A stretch of DNA of 64,000 nucleotides from Azolla caroliniana (Eukaryota; Plantae; Polypodiophyta), in NCBI GenBank assembly GCA_043228905.1, contig JBHGNT010000020.1:15376001-15440000 (forward strand), given 5' to 3'. Positions 1-13,212 of the stretch are shown here, in pieces. A model generated the notes under the pieces. The model did no database searches, was not told the DNA's origin, and was given only the letters and a program-made list of their open reading frames with translations. Within the stretch, counting starts at the first letter, position 1. Every line of letters begins with the position of its first letter. Position numbers and translations under genes: made by a program.

Positions 1-1543
1 TGAAGAATCGTGTTGATGTCTTGAAGATCGACATCTCCGACCTGTACGCACTCTCGAATTAAGTGATAGTGCACTTTGATGTGCTTTGTGCGCACGTGGA
101 ACACCAAGTTCCAAGCCAGATATATATTGGTCATGTTGTTACAGTAAATGGGAGTCGGATCCTTGATGGGGACGCCCAGATCCTTCAAAATCCTCTTGAG
201 CCATACGACTTTACATGCAGCTACGACTGCGCCCCTGTATTCGGCCTCCGTACTCGAAAGTGCGACGGTAGGATGCTTCTTACTACTCCAAGATATTGCA
301 TCGCTACTGAGCGAGAAGACAAATCCGGAGGTTGATCGTCGATCAGCTTTGTAGCCTGCCCAGTCTGCATCTGTGTACCCTTTGAGTCGTATTGGTGTGG
401 TCGATGCGTAGAGAATGTTGTACAATCCATTGTGCTGCTCACGTATCGTAATACTCGTTTAGCGCAATCCAAGTGAATGTCGCGTGGTTTTTGCATGAAT
501 TGGCTCAGGAGTCCGACTGGATAGCTAAGGTCAGGTCGAGTGATCGTGAGATAGATGAGGCTCCCAATCAGTTGACGATATTGGGTCGGCTCGCACTCGT
601 CTGTGCTGGAGTCAACATCTAGTTTGAGGTTTCAATTGAGAGGCGCAACCACCGATTTGCACTCAGTCATCCCGAACTTGTATAATAAGTTGAGGATGTA
701 GTGCCATTGAGAGATCATAATGCCGGTTGGAATCTGAATTACTTCGATCCCCAGGAAGTAATGGAGCTCCTTCATGTCCGTCATCTTGAATTTTTCGTAG
801 AGGAGGGACTTGACCTTGTTGATATCGATTAGACTTTCACCTCCAATGACCAGATCATCCACGTATAGGATGATACAATTAGGCTTCTAGAGTCATGTCG
901 TACGTAGAGGGAGTTGCCAGATTTTGACATTCGAAAGCCGATTTGATGAAGATATTGCATAAGCTTCGAATGCCAAGCACGCGGTGCCTGCTGGAGGCCG
1001 TAGAGAGGCTTCTTAAGTTGGCATACAACTTTTGGATGAATGCGTGATTCGAAGCTGGGTGGTTGTACCATGTACACCTCGTCTTCTAATTCGCCTTGAA
1101 GAAAAGTGTCCTTGATGTCCATTTGGTGGAGGAACCACCCTTTTGTCGTTGCAAGTGTGATAACGGTCCGCACCGCAGTCATCTTTGCCACCGGGGCAAA
1201 GGTCTCTTCATAGTCAACCCCATGTGTTTGTTCATATCCTTTCGTTATGAGTCGAGCTTTATAGCGGTTGACGAAGCCTTCGGCATTATACTACACCTGG
1301 TAGATCCATCGGCCTCCAATTGCTTTCTTGTGCGGTGAGTGGGGAACGAGATCCCATGTCTTGTTCTTGCGCAGTGCACGCATCTCCTCGTTCATTGCTT
1401 CGATCCATCGCGGCTTCGGAAAAGGTTTCTGGCTCCCGTACAGTTGCCACCTTCATCATAAATGCGTAATGGTACACCATGTACTCATCATAGTCGAATC
1501 TCATTGGGTGGATCTTCGAATCTTCTCATTTGCGGATTCGAAG
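1..1543 (-). mobile_element. Ty1/Copia pol fragment (RT and RNase H), degenerate
   Basis: Minus-strand peptides 'HQMDIKDTFLQGELEDEVYMVQPP', 'LYGLQQAPRAW', 'VDDLVIGG' and an RNase H region, with frameshifts. Paralogous to ~29920-32695. Confidence 0.95.
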
Positions 1544-3045
1544 TCCTTCCTCATCATTGCGGAAACTGTTCCCGACAGGTAATCCTTGCGCTCCTCTTGT
1601 TGGTCTGTTGGTGTGTATGCTCTTCTGCTTTTTATTCTTCTTCTGCTTCTTCTTGTGCGTCCAAGGTGTTGTTGAGAAAATGCTTTCCTCTCTTCTCCAA
1701 TACTGCGATCATGGACAGAGAGGGGTTGTTGAGTTTTTGGGTGGGATATGTCTTTACAGACACACAGAAGGGTCCAGGGACACCCCACCCCAGCCCTTGG
1801 CAATAGTGCCTCACGTTTACTCTATTTAGTGTTTATAGCCGATCGATCATCATCAACGTTTTAAAAACTCCATGGCCATGGCCATTGTAATATTGCTCTA
1901 CCTACATTCGTACAATGATGTTTGAGACCTGTGCATCCTTGATTTTTCTGTGATGGGAGGGACGATAACCACCTTCAGAATATGGTGTGCATACCAAACA
2001 CATTGGTTTGGCTTCGGCGTCCACGTTGTTGTCAAGTGAATGTCATAAAAGGCCATCCCGGCTTTGAGCTGAACATTCGGTGTACATATCTTGCCGAAGC
2101 TGACGTAATTCAAAGCTTCCATAAAAACCGAAGATTATGATGTTGTTTGGTCATTTCAACTGAAGTAATGTCCCCAAGCACCTATTAGTTTGTGTATGTG
2201 TGCCCTCCGTAGAGTAATCTTTTCGAGGGGGAGAGGGTACAACCAACACCTTGTTTTGATCAATTAGTCACGTTGAGAGAGGAAAGAGAGGTGTACCGTG
2301 TGAGAGAGAATGCTTTTTGCAATGGTGGTGCGCGTGTGTGTGGGTATGTGGAATGTTGAACGCCCATTAAGGCTTTTGTCCATTTAAGAAGGGCTCACTT
2401 TGGAAGAAAGTGATGCAATTTCCTAACCTAATTTTTTAAAGTTGCCTTAAGATATGCGCCATTTGTTTTGCATACTTATAAGAAAGAAAGAACATGCCAA
2501 ATAAAGAAAGTCGTTATTGAAATGAGTGGAAAGTCTTTTTTCTTTTTTGGGTACCATATCCCCCACAAGGAGGCCCACACACATATTGTCAAACCTTGTG
2601 TATATTGACGAAGAAATAGGAGGCCACTTGTTTTGTCAAACTATATAATATCTTTCAACAACGCTATACATTACAGGGACATCATTGTCAACGTTCTAGA
2701 TATATAGAGAGCAACAAATACATAGAAGTTGTTTTTAGATAACTAGCTACTAGATAATTGCCTTTTGATTCCATTTTTTATAATCTTGAGCTCCAGCCAA
2801 GAAATTTATGTCTTTAACATACCATCATTTATTGTATTCAATAAACACAAGAAACCTATAATTGCATTCAATAAACACAAGAAACCTATTGTTGCATTCG
2901 ATAAATATAGAAAATCTATCTCCTTTTACCAAACAATATATGTTCAAATCTTATTTATTGTCTCTATCGAGCAATTGAAGTTTCCGTCATTAGTTTCATG
3001 TTATTTTCTCCATTTCCATAAGTTTCCATGTGACTAGATTCTACT
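1544..3045 (+). pseudogene. Partial copy of the strictosidine-synthase-like gene (end of exon 3 plus intron 3)
   Basis: Near-identical to 15966-16869 ('tccttcctcatcattgcggaaactgttccc..aggtaatcc'). Carries ~590 bp (~1664-2245) that is absent from the intact gene's intron. Confidence 0.9.
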
Positions 3046-3838
3046 AGATTCCATGACAAATACCACATTGAACCGTTTGGCAAGATCTGCCGACTTCTGA
3101 TGACAAAAGAAAAGGCCACTGATTGAGCCGTTCGAGTTCACCTTGAAATTGAAGATAAAGTCGCCAGTGGAGATCTCAATGACAACACTTGAATTGGCGA
3201 ACGCCCGTCAAGAAACTCGGCTCTTGCAACCACTTTTTCATTGTAGATTTCTTTTCTGGTGGTCCATTGATTTCCGGTTTTTTCTCTCAAGTAGGCTAGA
3301 GTTGAAGACACACCAGTTCCAACATTTGGCAAGTCTCGAACAATGGCCTTTTCATGTTTCAGTTAGTCTACGAGACGTTGATATACCACCGAGATTGTCA
3401 AAAATAGGATGGTTGTGCGCAATAGCTGCCTTTTTAATAGTCCACTGTCCCGTTTTCTTCGAGAAGTTTGCTCTAACGAAGAATGGGCAGTCCATTAGAC
3501 GAGTCCCCGTTTGTCTTTTGCGAGTATCGTCAGACAAGCCTAGAGGGGTGTGATATTTTCCCCCATAGTAGCACTTGAAAGTGACTTTTGTATTTTCGCT
3601 ATGCTTATCCACCACAATGAAGATATTCTGAGCACGAAAATGGTCCTTGATAAAACTGATTAGAGCCCCCCTCTTTCAGTGAAGGTTCTATCGATAATCG
3701 AAAATGGGTTTGGGGTGGCCAAAATGGCGGGAGAACTATCAAGGATTTTTTTTTATGGGGGGGGGGGTGTGGTGGTGGTTTAGCCACAATAGCCAAAAAG
3801 ATTTTTATTTTTTTTAGTGGTGGAAAATAACACATTCC
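3046..3838 (-). mobile_element. MULE (Mutator/FAR1-like) transposase 5' fragment with one element end
   Basis: Peptides 'FKCYYGG...TRLMDCPFFVRA...WTIK...HNHP' (FAR1/WRKY-like Zn domain) and 'GLFFCHQKS..LAKRFNVVFVM'. Truncated at the start of the DDE core. The end reads GGAATGTG on the minus strand and abuts a (TA)n run. Confidence 0.8.
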
Positions 3839-3869
3839 TATATATATATATATATGTATATGTATATAT

Positions 3870-4593
3870 ATCTTAGAGACACAAAGTCCCATGGGTCAAT
3901 AATATATATTCGAGTCCCTTTTTCACTTTTTCTTCTTATATATTTTAGAATTGGCCCACCTACACAAAAAGATGGGGAGAGTGCATTTGCATGATAGTTG
4001 GACCGTTGTGCTATGGAGATGATTAATATGTCATTATCGCCACCTTGAGTCTGGATGCAAGCACACAACAAATTGTATCAATTCACAAAATTGATTATTT
4101 AGAATTATATGCGCGTCAACCATTGTGGGTTATATTATTCTATCCATCTCCGGTCAATTTTTCAAGCGAGTTAAAAGAGAATAAGGTTTAACTAATCCAT
4201 GTGAGGATATTGTGCAAGACTCAAGTATGTAGATGAATGGTAAAGACAAGACAAGACAAGACCAACCTTAAAGAAAATGATAGGAAACCAAGGTTTGGCA
4301 TTTGTTGGAGAGAGGAATTTCTTTCTCTCAAAAGAGACAAAACAACCCCAACTCAGGATAGCAAAACCTAGGCTTCCTATCTATCTAAACAAATGTACCT
4401 ACTACGGAATGAAATTTGGAATATATATGTATAATTAAGGTATGTATGTATTAATGGTGCCATGCAATCTACTCTAGACCTTGGTACACAAACACACACA
4501 CACACACACACACACAGATGATGATGATAGACGTAAGATGATTGCGTTGCTTTTGGCTGTGATGAGTATATACGCATCTATATATATATATAT

Positions 4594-4638
<45 letters not shown>

Positions 4639-4698
4639 ACTGTCTTTTGGGAGAGGCAAATGACCTAGAAAACAGACCACACAAGAATATATTATAGC

Positions 4699-4752
<54 letters not shown>

Positions 4753-4856
4753 CAACCCCCCCTCCTCCCCCAAACACAAAAAAAGAGGGCCTCCTTCCAC
4801 TTCCCCTCCTCCCTCCCGACTGCAGATTTGGCAGGCATATATGTATACACTTTAGA
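3870..4856 (+). repeat. Duplicate of the SSL gene upstream/promoter region, with (CA)n, (TA)n and (GA)n microsatellites
   Basis: Colinear with ~13650-14605 but not followed by the SSL coding region. Confidence 0.9.
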
Positions 4857-4860
4857 TAGA

Positions 4861-5906
4861 TTTGGGATCTACATTAATGAGATCATGGAATTTATTGCTC
4901 GTAAGGGAGGGAAGGGAGTAGGTATTGGGGAAAACCAAGTTAGCCTCTTACTTTACGTAGACGACATTGTCTTGCTCTCGGAATTAGAACACGACCTGCA
5001 AAAGCATCTTAATGCCCTAGATGCCTTTTGTACACAACGAGGATTGGTAGTGAATCTAGCGAAAACTAAAGTCGTTATCTTTCATACATTGTCCCGAGTT
5101 AGGAGTAAATGTCACCTAACCCTCTCTCATAAAATAATTGAGGTAGTTGGATCATATGTATACTTGGGAGTCACTTTTGGTGCTCGTTCAGGTAATGTCT
5201 CGATGACCCAAGCAACTAAAGATAGGCTAACGAGAGGGTATGCATCCCTCTCACTTTTAGAGATACAATGCCACCAGGCATACTTTCAAGAGCCACGGAC
5301 GAAGGGATGGCTCTTCGACACATTAGTGACCCCTTCCCTCATGTATGCATCAATAGTATGGGTTCCGGGTCTACCATCTTTCATGTGGACGCAATTAGAG
5401 AGACCTTTGGTGACGATGTTATCACGTCAACTACGACGCAAATCGACAGTACCACATGATATTATTAGAGGAGAGTTCAGTCTACCCCCGATGTTAATAG
5501 AAGCACTCTTTCAAGTGGTAGTTTTTGTTCATCGGATACGGAGCCAACCACAAAATAGGATATCCCGTCGAGCCTTTGAGGCATCCTGATCCCTACATGC
5601 GTCTGGAGACACTAGGTTTTGGTATAACACAATGGTGAGTTGGTTACTTGCAAACGACATAAATATTAATAACCTAACCCCCCTTAAGTACAACCATAGG
5701 AATGATCAAACTCTCTCTCATGAAAATCGTAATAAAGTGATACGCCAAGAAATATGGAAAATTTACACGCGATATAAATGGATCACCTTGTGAGAGCCAC
5801 TCCCATCTAAAATTTGGTACTATAAGGAACACTTCTTGCAGTTCTCTATGTGAGGTTTTATTACACGACCAAGATATCTAGATACATTGTTATCAAATGC
5901 ACTAAG
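4861..5906 (+). mobile_element. RTE-type LINE RT fragment (duplicate of ~20101-21146)
   Basis: 'LLLYVDDIVLLS...VNLAKTKV...YVYLGVTF'. Ends at the same TAAG insertion site as the second copy. Confidence 0.9.
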
Positions 5907-6267
5907 AACAGTTTGCGTTCACAAGTGGAAAGATCGCACATAAATGGAAGGATAAGGAAAATTTTGGTTGATTTTAGGGCTTTTTTAATGATTTTACAAA
6001 ACACATTGATACCAGTATCATACATGTTCAAACATACTATGAAAAAGGTTAAAAATCCACTATTTTCGTGATTTAGAGGTAACTAAAAAAAGAGTAATTT
6101 CAAAAAGTTACATTCTCAATTTATATGACAAACTTTACAACCAATGTTATTTTATAAGAAACGATTTTTTTAGAAATTATAATAAATCAAAACACATCCT
6201 TTTATATTACTTGATTTGTTACAAGCGGAATGTAGTTACACTTAATAGCCAAAAATACATTCATGAT

Positions 6268-6778
6268 CACTCCTTTACGGAGAATGTCATCCTTAGTCCC
6301 ACATATATGTCTCTTTGTTGTGGATGGACCAAACTGTCATTAATCACATTTGCTGGTTGCTTCGGAGTTTTATTTACATGATCATGTTGTAGTGACCATG
6401 TGGATGGTGTTTCCAAATTCCAATTATCACCAAATACACAATGGTCTATAATTCCTTTCTGATGACTATAAAATACATCCCATCATGACGTGTCTTGTTG
6501 TGCGACATATTTCTTGGCGGCCTCAATATGCTTTCTTTTTTCTTCTAAGGCTTGGAGCCATAGCCGCTTTTATTCCGTTACCAAGTCACTTTTCAACTGT
6601 CCTTTCTACCTTATTCCATGCCATCTATCATTAAGCACATGTATTGTTCTGGCCTCTTCAAACACTTCTCTCTATGATGCATCACCTTCTTTTGTTCTAA
6701 TGATTGTGCCTCACGATGCTCGTGTAATCACTTATTACTCATATCCTTTTCCATTGATGTCTTTGCACCTTTAGCATT
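6268..6778 (-). pseudogene. Internally deleted DDE-type transposase remnant (IDGMD motif, possibly Sola/DUF7869-like)
   Basis: Manual translation gives 'LHEHREAQSLEQKKVMHHREKCLKRPEQYMCLMIDGME*'. After an apparent deletion junction it continues 'KRLWLQALEEKRKHIEAAKKYV..*WDVFYSHQ...HPQQRDIYVG'. It lies just inside the left TIR. Confidence 0.6.
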
Positions 6779-6965
6779 AACTTAGTAACCTCAAGCTTGC
6801 CAACCCTGGTTAAAGTGACGGTGGTTATTTTAACCACTGTAGTCAATCCCTATAAATAGGAAGACCTCGTCATATTTTAGTCACACGATGCACAAGAGCA
6901 AATAGAGCAAACAGAGCACGAAGCACAAAAGCGAGTTCTTCGCCTAAACATCGACAAGATCAATC

Positions 6966-8428
6966 ATGTGTTCAAAGAAAATCGAGCGGCAGGACTCCAG
7001 GTAAGCCTCTGCCACTATGGACATTTTTGTAAATATGTTTTGTATAGGAACATGATACGGCTTATCAAGTTCCTATATAAAACACACAATTCAAAGAGGA
7101 ATGTTGTGTCTTTGGGGCAACAATGTAGTATTGTGTGAAAAGATATCAAACTTTCTGTCAAAATTAGACTTTTTTTATGGAGATTTGCCATATTTTGTAA
7201 CAAATAGGGGCTTTAATTATAGAGGTTTTATGACCTAGTATAGCTTAAAATAGTAGAAAATAAGCCACAAATTACCTTTATGATACCAAAATCAAGTCTA
7301 TCATATGCAAATTCTCTAGAATATGGATATGGAATCAATATAAGCCATACCTACCCTTCAAGATATATATCCTTGTATTCTTATTAAGATATATATTATC
7401 TAAGTTGAATAGCCCTTACTAGAATGGATTTTTGAATAAAGGACTACCATGTTCAATCAATGCATGATTGATATTTATAGTTTACCACAAATTGCCTGCT
7501 AGTTTTTGTCTTCGTCTAATTATTTGTATTTTAATATACAACCTTAATCTACGTGACCACCTAACTTATGATTTCACATGTCCTTTCTTAAATAGGTCGT
7601 TTGAGAACTTGTCAGACCGACCTATGAAGAAGATAAAGCTCCGCATACAGGGCTCTCCAATTGAAACACAGACCCTAATACCTCTCGAGAACATGAAGAG
7701 ATGAAAAAAGCTTCTCTTCAACGAGGAGACAAAATCTCAACCACCCAATGAGGTCAGCCAAAAAAAACTATTAGCAGCTACTGGTGGTGAAGACCTTGCT
7801 GACCATGATCTAACAGACAAGGAATGGTGCATGCAATACGTCGACTCAAAGAAAAAAGTTATGTTGTATACAACAAAAAAGGAGGGCGAGGGGTAGCTTG
7901 AAAATTAAACCGCATTTATGTATGGCCGTATTCTACGATTTGACTACGAAGATTCAGAGTCGGCCAACTTAGTTGTAATGATAGAGTGCTCTAAGGGGGT
8001 ACGTAAAGTGTTCCTTTTTGAAGATCTTCTAATAAAGGAATCTTGTGGGCCAGAAGCATTTAAAAAAGATCTAGAAAGCTCACAAAACCTTATTGTTACC
8101 TTGAGGCCTTATATACAAGGCTATGGAACTCTAAGGGAGCCATTGCCCTCCCCAGTAAAGGCCCCGAAAAGGGCATCTAAAGTACAATCAAGGCAAACAA
8201 AAAAGAAGACGACTAAAATGTCGGACTTCGACTCATCAAGTTCAAACAAAGATGAGGACAGTAAGGGGACACCAGGAGCTTAACTTGCATTGCGTGTGTT
8301 GTCATCCGAGCAGAATAAGATATGGAGACAGTTAATGCAGCGTAAACTCATAAGAAAGGGGGAAATGTTTAATTTGCCTATAACACACATCCATCGGCCC
8401 CTGAAGAATGTGAAACCATTGATGATTT
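6966..8428 (+). pseudogene. 5' part (exon 1, intron 1, start of exon 2) of the ParB-MTase gene, copy 1
   Basis: TATA box at ~6851. ATG at 6966 'MCSKKIERQDS', donor cag|gtaagc, then 'RSFENLSDRPMKKIKLRIQ...MYGRILRFDY...LPITHIHRP'. Contains stops and a deletion. Confidence 0.8.
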
Positions 8429-8783
8429 TGTTAGGATCTCGGTCCCTCCGGATGGGATACGAAGGCCCGACATCGGAAGAGCCGGTGAGAACCGGATGAC
8501 GAGTGGCCGACAAGGAAGACCCGGTGAGAACCGGATGTTGCAGGCCCGACATCGGAAGACCCGGTGAGAACCGGATGACGAGTACCTGGCAAGGAAGACC
8601 CGGTGAGAACCTCTCACCAGATGAAGGGACACATTTGTAGATATGTTTCTGAGAGCCTATTTGGGCTATATCTGTAATTAGTCCTAATGTCATATTAGTA
8701 TAAATGTGACCTAGGGCAAACTGTGTGACGATGATTATAGTTGCTGTTATTACCTTTGTATAGCGTGATTGGTGTAACGACTG

Positions 8784-8819
<36 letters not shown>

Positions 8820-9093
8820 CAGAGCATGTCTTTGTTGTAATCGCCGCCAGGCGAAGATTGTGAGCAAGAGGTCGTTGCTTCTGTGCTCCCTGTTGTACTC
8901 CTTGACATAGTGATAGTTTGGAGTTTTATGGACTCCCGTGGTTTATCCCTCTCAGGGTTTTCCACGCTAACATCTTGTGTATTCTCTTTTTGTTTGTGTA
9001 CTTACCTCCATTCCGATTGCCTCTGTGTTTGATTGTCATCAAGTGATCTACGCTTCGGTTGTGGCTAGAGATTAATCCGCATATTTCTCGTCA
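8429..9093 (+). repeat. 5' LTR
   Basis: TGTTAGGATC...TCGTCA. Contains tandem 'ggaagacccggtgagaaccggatg' units and (GA)n. Confidence 0.95.
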
Positions 9094-12000
9094 AACTGGT
9101 ATCAAAGCGAAACGACACAGAAAAATGGACGATTCGTTGGGAGGCATGTTCAAGCTCACCGGCTCCAACTACTCAGTGTGGAAGTCGAAGATGAGGGACA
9201 TGCTCGTGGTTAAAGATCTTTGGTTGCCGGTTCAGTTCGGGGACAAGATACCAGACAATATTGATGCCACGATATGGGAGGTGATGCACATGAAGACAAC
9301 GGTGTACATACGGTGCTTTATCGACATGAGTCTATACAACAACTTCAATGAAGAGAGCAAGGCTCATGAGCTCTGGGAGAAGATCGGCATTATGTTTCAG
9401 AACAAAAATGCTGTGAATCAAGTTTCGGTATTTCAGAAGCTAGTAAGACTCCGGTACCAAGATGGCTCCAGCATGGCGGAGCACATGAATGCCTTCCAGG
9501 GGCTGATCCACCAGGCAACATCATTGGAAGTACCTCTCGCCGATGAGGTACTAGCACTACTCCTTCTCGGTTCCCTCCTAGATAGCTAGGAGACGTTGGT
9601 TGTCACTTTGGGCAACGCCGAGTCGGAAGGGAAACGGTTATCCCTAGCAAGAGTGAAGTCGAGCTTGCTAGATGAGGAGGCGCATCGGAAAGACAAGGAT
9701 ACAAGCTCCGACTCCAAAGCGCTCCTTATCGAATCGGAACGCGGAAGACAAAGGAACCGTAGTCCCCAGAACCAGGAAAAGTCGGGGACACGGTCAAAGT
9801 CAAGGGGGAGGCCTACTTGCTTCTATTGCGGCAAGCCGGGACACTTCCAGAAGAACTGTTGGCACTTCCGAAAAGACAAGGAAACCGACGATACCGATTC
9901 GAAGCGGACACCAGACTGGAACGGTAAAGACTGGGGGGGGGCGGACCGGAAGGAAATGACGGCAATCGCGGCAAGTGAAGAAGAGTTGATGCTCGTCACC
10001 GAGGAGAGTGAGTTGAGCGTCGTTCCACCTTACCCCGGACCGGAAATGCTTCTCATCCTACACAGTCGGTGATCACTGCTGCTGAAGGATGTCCGACACG
10101 TTCCGGAGGTTCGACTGAACCTGATATTAGCCGGTCGGCTAGATGATGAAGGCTACACGGGTAGCATCCGAAACGGAGTCATGAAATTCAGCAAAGGGAG
10201 CCTGATAGTGGCTTGGGCCCGGAAGTTCAACACGTTGTACCTGATGAATGCCCTGTTATGCCCAGAAGAAGAGAACGTTGCTTCTGACACTGCCAGTGAG
10301 CTGTGGCACAAGAGACTGTGGCACATGAGCGTGAAGGGGATGAAGAGGCTTGCCGATGACAACCTCATTCCGGTGAAGAACGTGCATCTTGAGAGGTGCA
10401 CCGACTGCCTAGCCGGTAAGCAAAACCGGACCTCCTTCCAATCAAGGCCACCGATGAGACGTAATGCACCATTGGAGTTGGTGCATACCGATGTGTGTCA
10501 AGTGGACATGAAGTCCCATGCCGGAGCGCAGTACTTCGTGACGTTCATAGATGACCACATCAGGAGGCTGTGGGCCACACCATTGAAGACGAAGGATCAT
10601 GTGTTATCCGTTTTCAAGGAGCTCCACGCAAGAGTGGAAAGAAAAACCGGACGGAAGCTGAAAGCGGTTCGAGCAGATAACGGAGGGGAATACTGGGGGT
10701 AGTTTGATGAGTACTACCACTCGAAGGGAATCCGACTCGAATTTACCGTGCCGAAGACGCCAGAACTAAACGGGCTAGCCGAGAGGATCAACCAGACCAT
10801 AATGGAGAGGGTCCGGAGTATGCTAGCACATGCTAAACTACCCAAGACGTTTTGGGTTGAGGCGCTGTCGACAGCGACGTATGTGACAAACAGATCACCC
10901 TCAGTGCCCTTGGATGGAGACACGCCGCAAAAGGTGTGGACCGGTAAGGAAGTGTCCTACCGGCATTTGAAGGTGAACGGTGTCTCGTGTATGTGCATGT
11001 TGCTAAGGACCGGAGAGGAAAGTTGGATCCAAAGACTCGGCCATGCATATTCCTTGGATACGGCGATGATGAGTTCGGCTACCGAGTGTGGGATCCGGTT
11101 CACAAGAAGGTTTTCCGGAGCCGAGATATTATCTTTGTGGAGGACAAGACTCTTGCCAACTGGGAGTCGGAGAAGAAGATAATGAACTCTGATGAGATTC
11201 GGACCCACCCGGCTAAGAGCCGGTTGACACTCGAGGAACCAGCCGGTTACGGTGAGGATACCGAACCGGTAGAAGAAGAAGTAGAGGAAGTTGAAACCGG
11301 AACCGGCCAAGAACTAGAACCGGATTTGGATGAAGAACAAATAGAGGAGCCGGTTGCCGAAAGCCAAAGACGGAGATATCCTCTCAGAGAGAGAAGGCCC
11401 CCCGGGAGATTTCCAGATGTAGAGCATGTGCTGCTAACCGATGAGGGGGAGCCGGAAAGCTTTGAAGAAGCGAAGGACGACACCCATAGCCGCAAATGGT
11501 TAAGTTCCATGCAGGACGAGATGGATTCCTTGCATGAGAACCACACGTATGAATTGGTGGAGTTGCCGAAAGGAAAGAGGGCACTCCGAAGCAAGTGGGA
11601 GTACAAGTTGAAACCGAGAGATGCCGACCACCCTCGAAGGTACAAAGACAGGATCGTGGTGAAGGGGTTCCAGCAGAAGAAGGGCGTGGACTTCGACGAG
11701 ATATTTGCCCCGGTAGTAAAGATGACTTCCATCCGGACGGTGCTGAGCATAGCGGGAAGCATGGACCTCGAGGTAGAGCAATTAGACGAGAAGATGACGT
11801 TCCTCCACCGTGACCTCGAAGAGGAGATCTACATGCAGCAACCGGAGGGATTTGTGAAGAAAGGGAAGGAGCACCTGGTTTGTCGGTTAAAAAAGAGCTC
11901 CTACGGGTTGAAGCAGGCTCCCCGGAAATGGTACCGGAAGTTCGACTCCTTCATGACCGATCAAGACGCAGGCCGATCACTGCGTATTTGTGAAGAAGTT

Positions 12001-12184
12001 TGAAGGTGGAGACTTCCTGATATTCCTCTTGTACGTGGACGACATGTTGATTGTCGGACGAGACCAAGTCAAGATACGGATGCTGAAGAAGGCCTTGAAC
12101 CGGACCTTCTCAATGAAAGGCTTGGGTCCGGCAAGACAGATGTTGGGGATGCATATCATCCCATGCCGGAGTGAAGGGGGAGTT

Positions 12185-12447
12185 TGTTAGGATCTCGGTC
12201 CCTCCGGATGGGATACGAAGGCCCGGCATCGGAAGACCCGGTGAGAACCGGATGTTGCAGGCCCGATGAGAACCTCTCACCGGATGAAGGGACATATATG
12301 TAGATATGTTTCTAAGAGCCCATCGGGGCTATATCTGTAAATAGTCCTAATGTCATATTAGTATAAATGTAACCTAGGGCAAATAGTGTGACGATGATTA
12401 TAGTTGTTGTTATTACCTTTGTATAGCGTGATTGGTGTAACGACTGT

Positions 12448-12478
<31 letters not shown>

Positions 12479-12754
12479 TACAGAGCATGTCTCTATTGTA
12501 ATCGCCACCAGGTGAAGATTGTGAGCAAGAGGTCGTTGCCTCCGTGCTCCCTGTTGTAATCCTTGACATAGTGATAGTTTGGAGTCTGTGGACTCCTGTG
12601 GTTTTTCCCTCTCAGGGTTTTCCACGCTAACATCCTGTGTATTCTCTTTTCTGTTTGTGTACTTACCTCCATTCCCATTTCCTCTATGTTTGATTGTCAT
12701 CAAGTGATCTACGCTTCGGTTGTGGCCGGAGATTATTCCGCATATTTCTTGTCA
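12185..12754 (+). repeat. 3' LTR
   Basis: TGTTAGGATC...TTGTCA. Shorter than the 5' LTR because it has fewer tandem units. Confidence 0.95.
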
Positions 12755-12783
12755 GATTTCGATATAAGAAAGCATGATGAATA

Positions 12784-13211
12784 TTCGTCCATATACACAA
12801 GGTTTGACAATATGTGTGTGGGCATCCTTGTGGGGGATATAGTACCCAAAAAAGAAAAAAGATAGGAGGCCACTTGTTTTGTCAAACTATATAATATCTT
12901 TCAACAACGCTATACATGACAGGGACATCATTGTCAACGTTCTAGATATATAGAGAGCAACCAATACATAGAAGTTTTTTTTAGATAGCTAGCTACTAGA
13001 TAATTGCCTTTTGATTCCATTTTTTATAATCTTGAGCTCCAGCCAAGAAATTTATGTCTTTAACATACCATCACTTATTGTATTCAACAAACACAAGAAA
13101 CCTATATAATTGCATTCAATAAACACAAGAAACCTATTGTTGCATTCGATAAATACAGGAAATCTATCTTCTTTTACCAAACGATACATGTTCAGATCTT
13201 ATTTATTGTCT
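12784..13211 (+). repeat. Fragment of SSL intron 3 with its first ~77 bp inverted
   Basis: 12784-12860 is the reverse complement of ~16364-16440. The segment 12861-13211 is a direct match to the adjacent intron sequence. Confidence 0.85.
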
Positions 13212-13212
13212 G

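Larger units (their letters stand above)
8429..12754 (+). mobile_element. Ty1/Copia LTR retrotransposon with two LTRs, internally deleted and degenerate
   Basis: TG..CA LTRs and a GATTT TSD on both sides (8424-8428, 12755-12759). PBS TGGTATCAAAGC at 9097 and PPT GAAGGGGGAG before 12185. Gag CCHC 'CFYCGKPGHFQKNC', integrase and RT 'YVDDML' are present; the protease core and RNase H are missing. Confidence 0.96.
5907..12783. mobile_element. Partial copy 1 of the TIR transposon carrying the ParB-MTase gene, interrupted by a Copia element and lacking its right end
   Basis: Left TIR 'aaca-gtttgcgttcacaagtggaaagatcgcacat' at 5907. The segment 6785-8428 is colinear with ~22615-25350. After the Copia insertion the element continues for ~25 bp ('gatataagaaagcatgatga'). 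Confidence 0.88.

Noticed and set aside
4377-4777. ORFs with LSLSLS/VCVCV runs
   Set aside because: Translations of (GA)n and (CA)n microsatellites.
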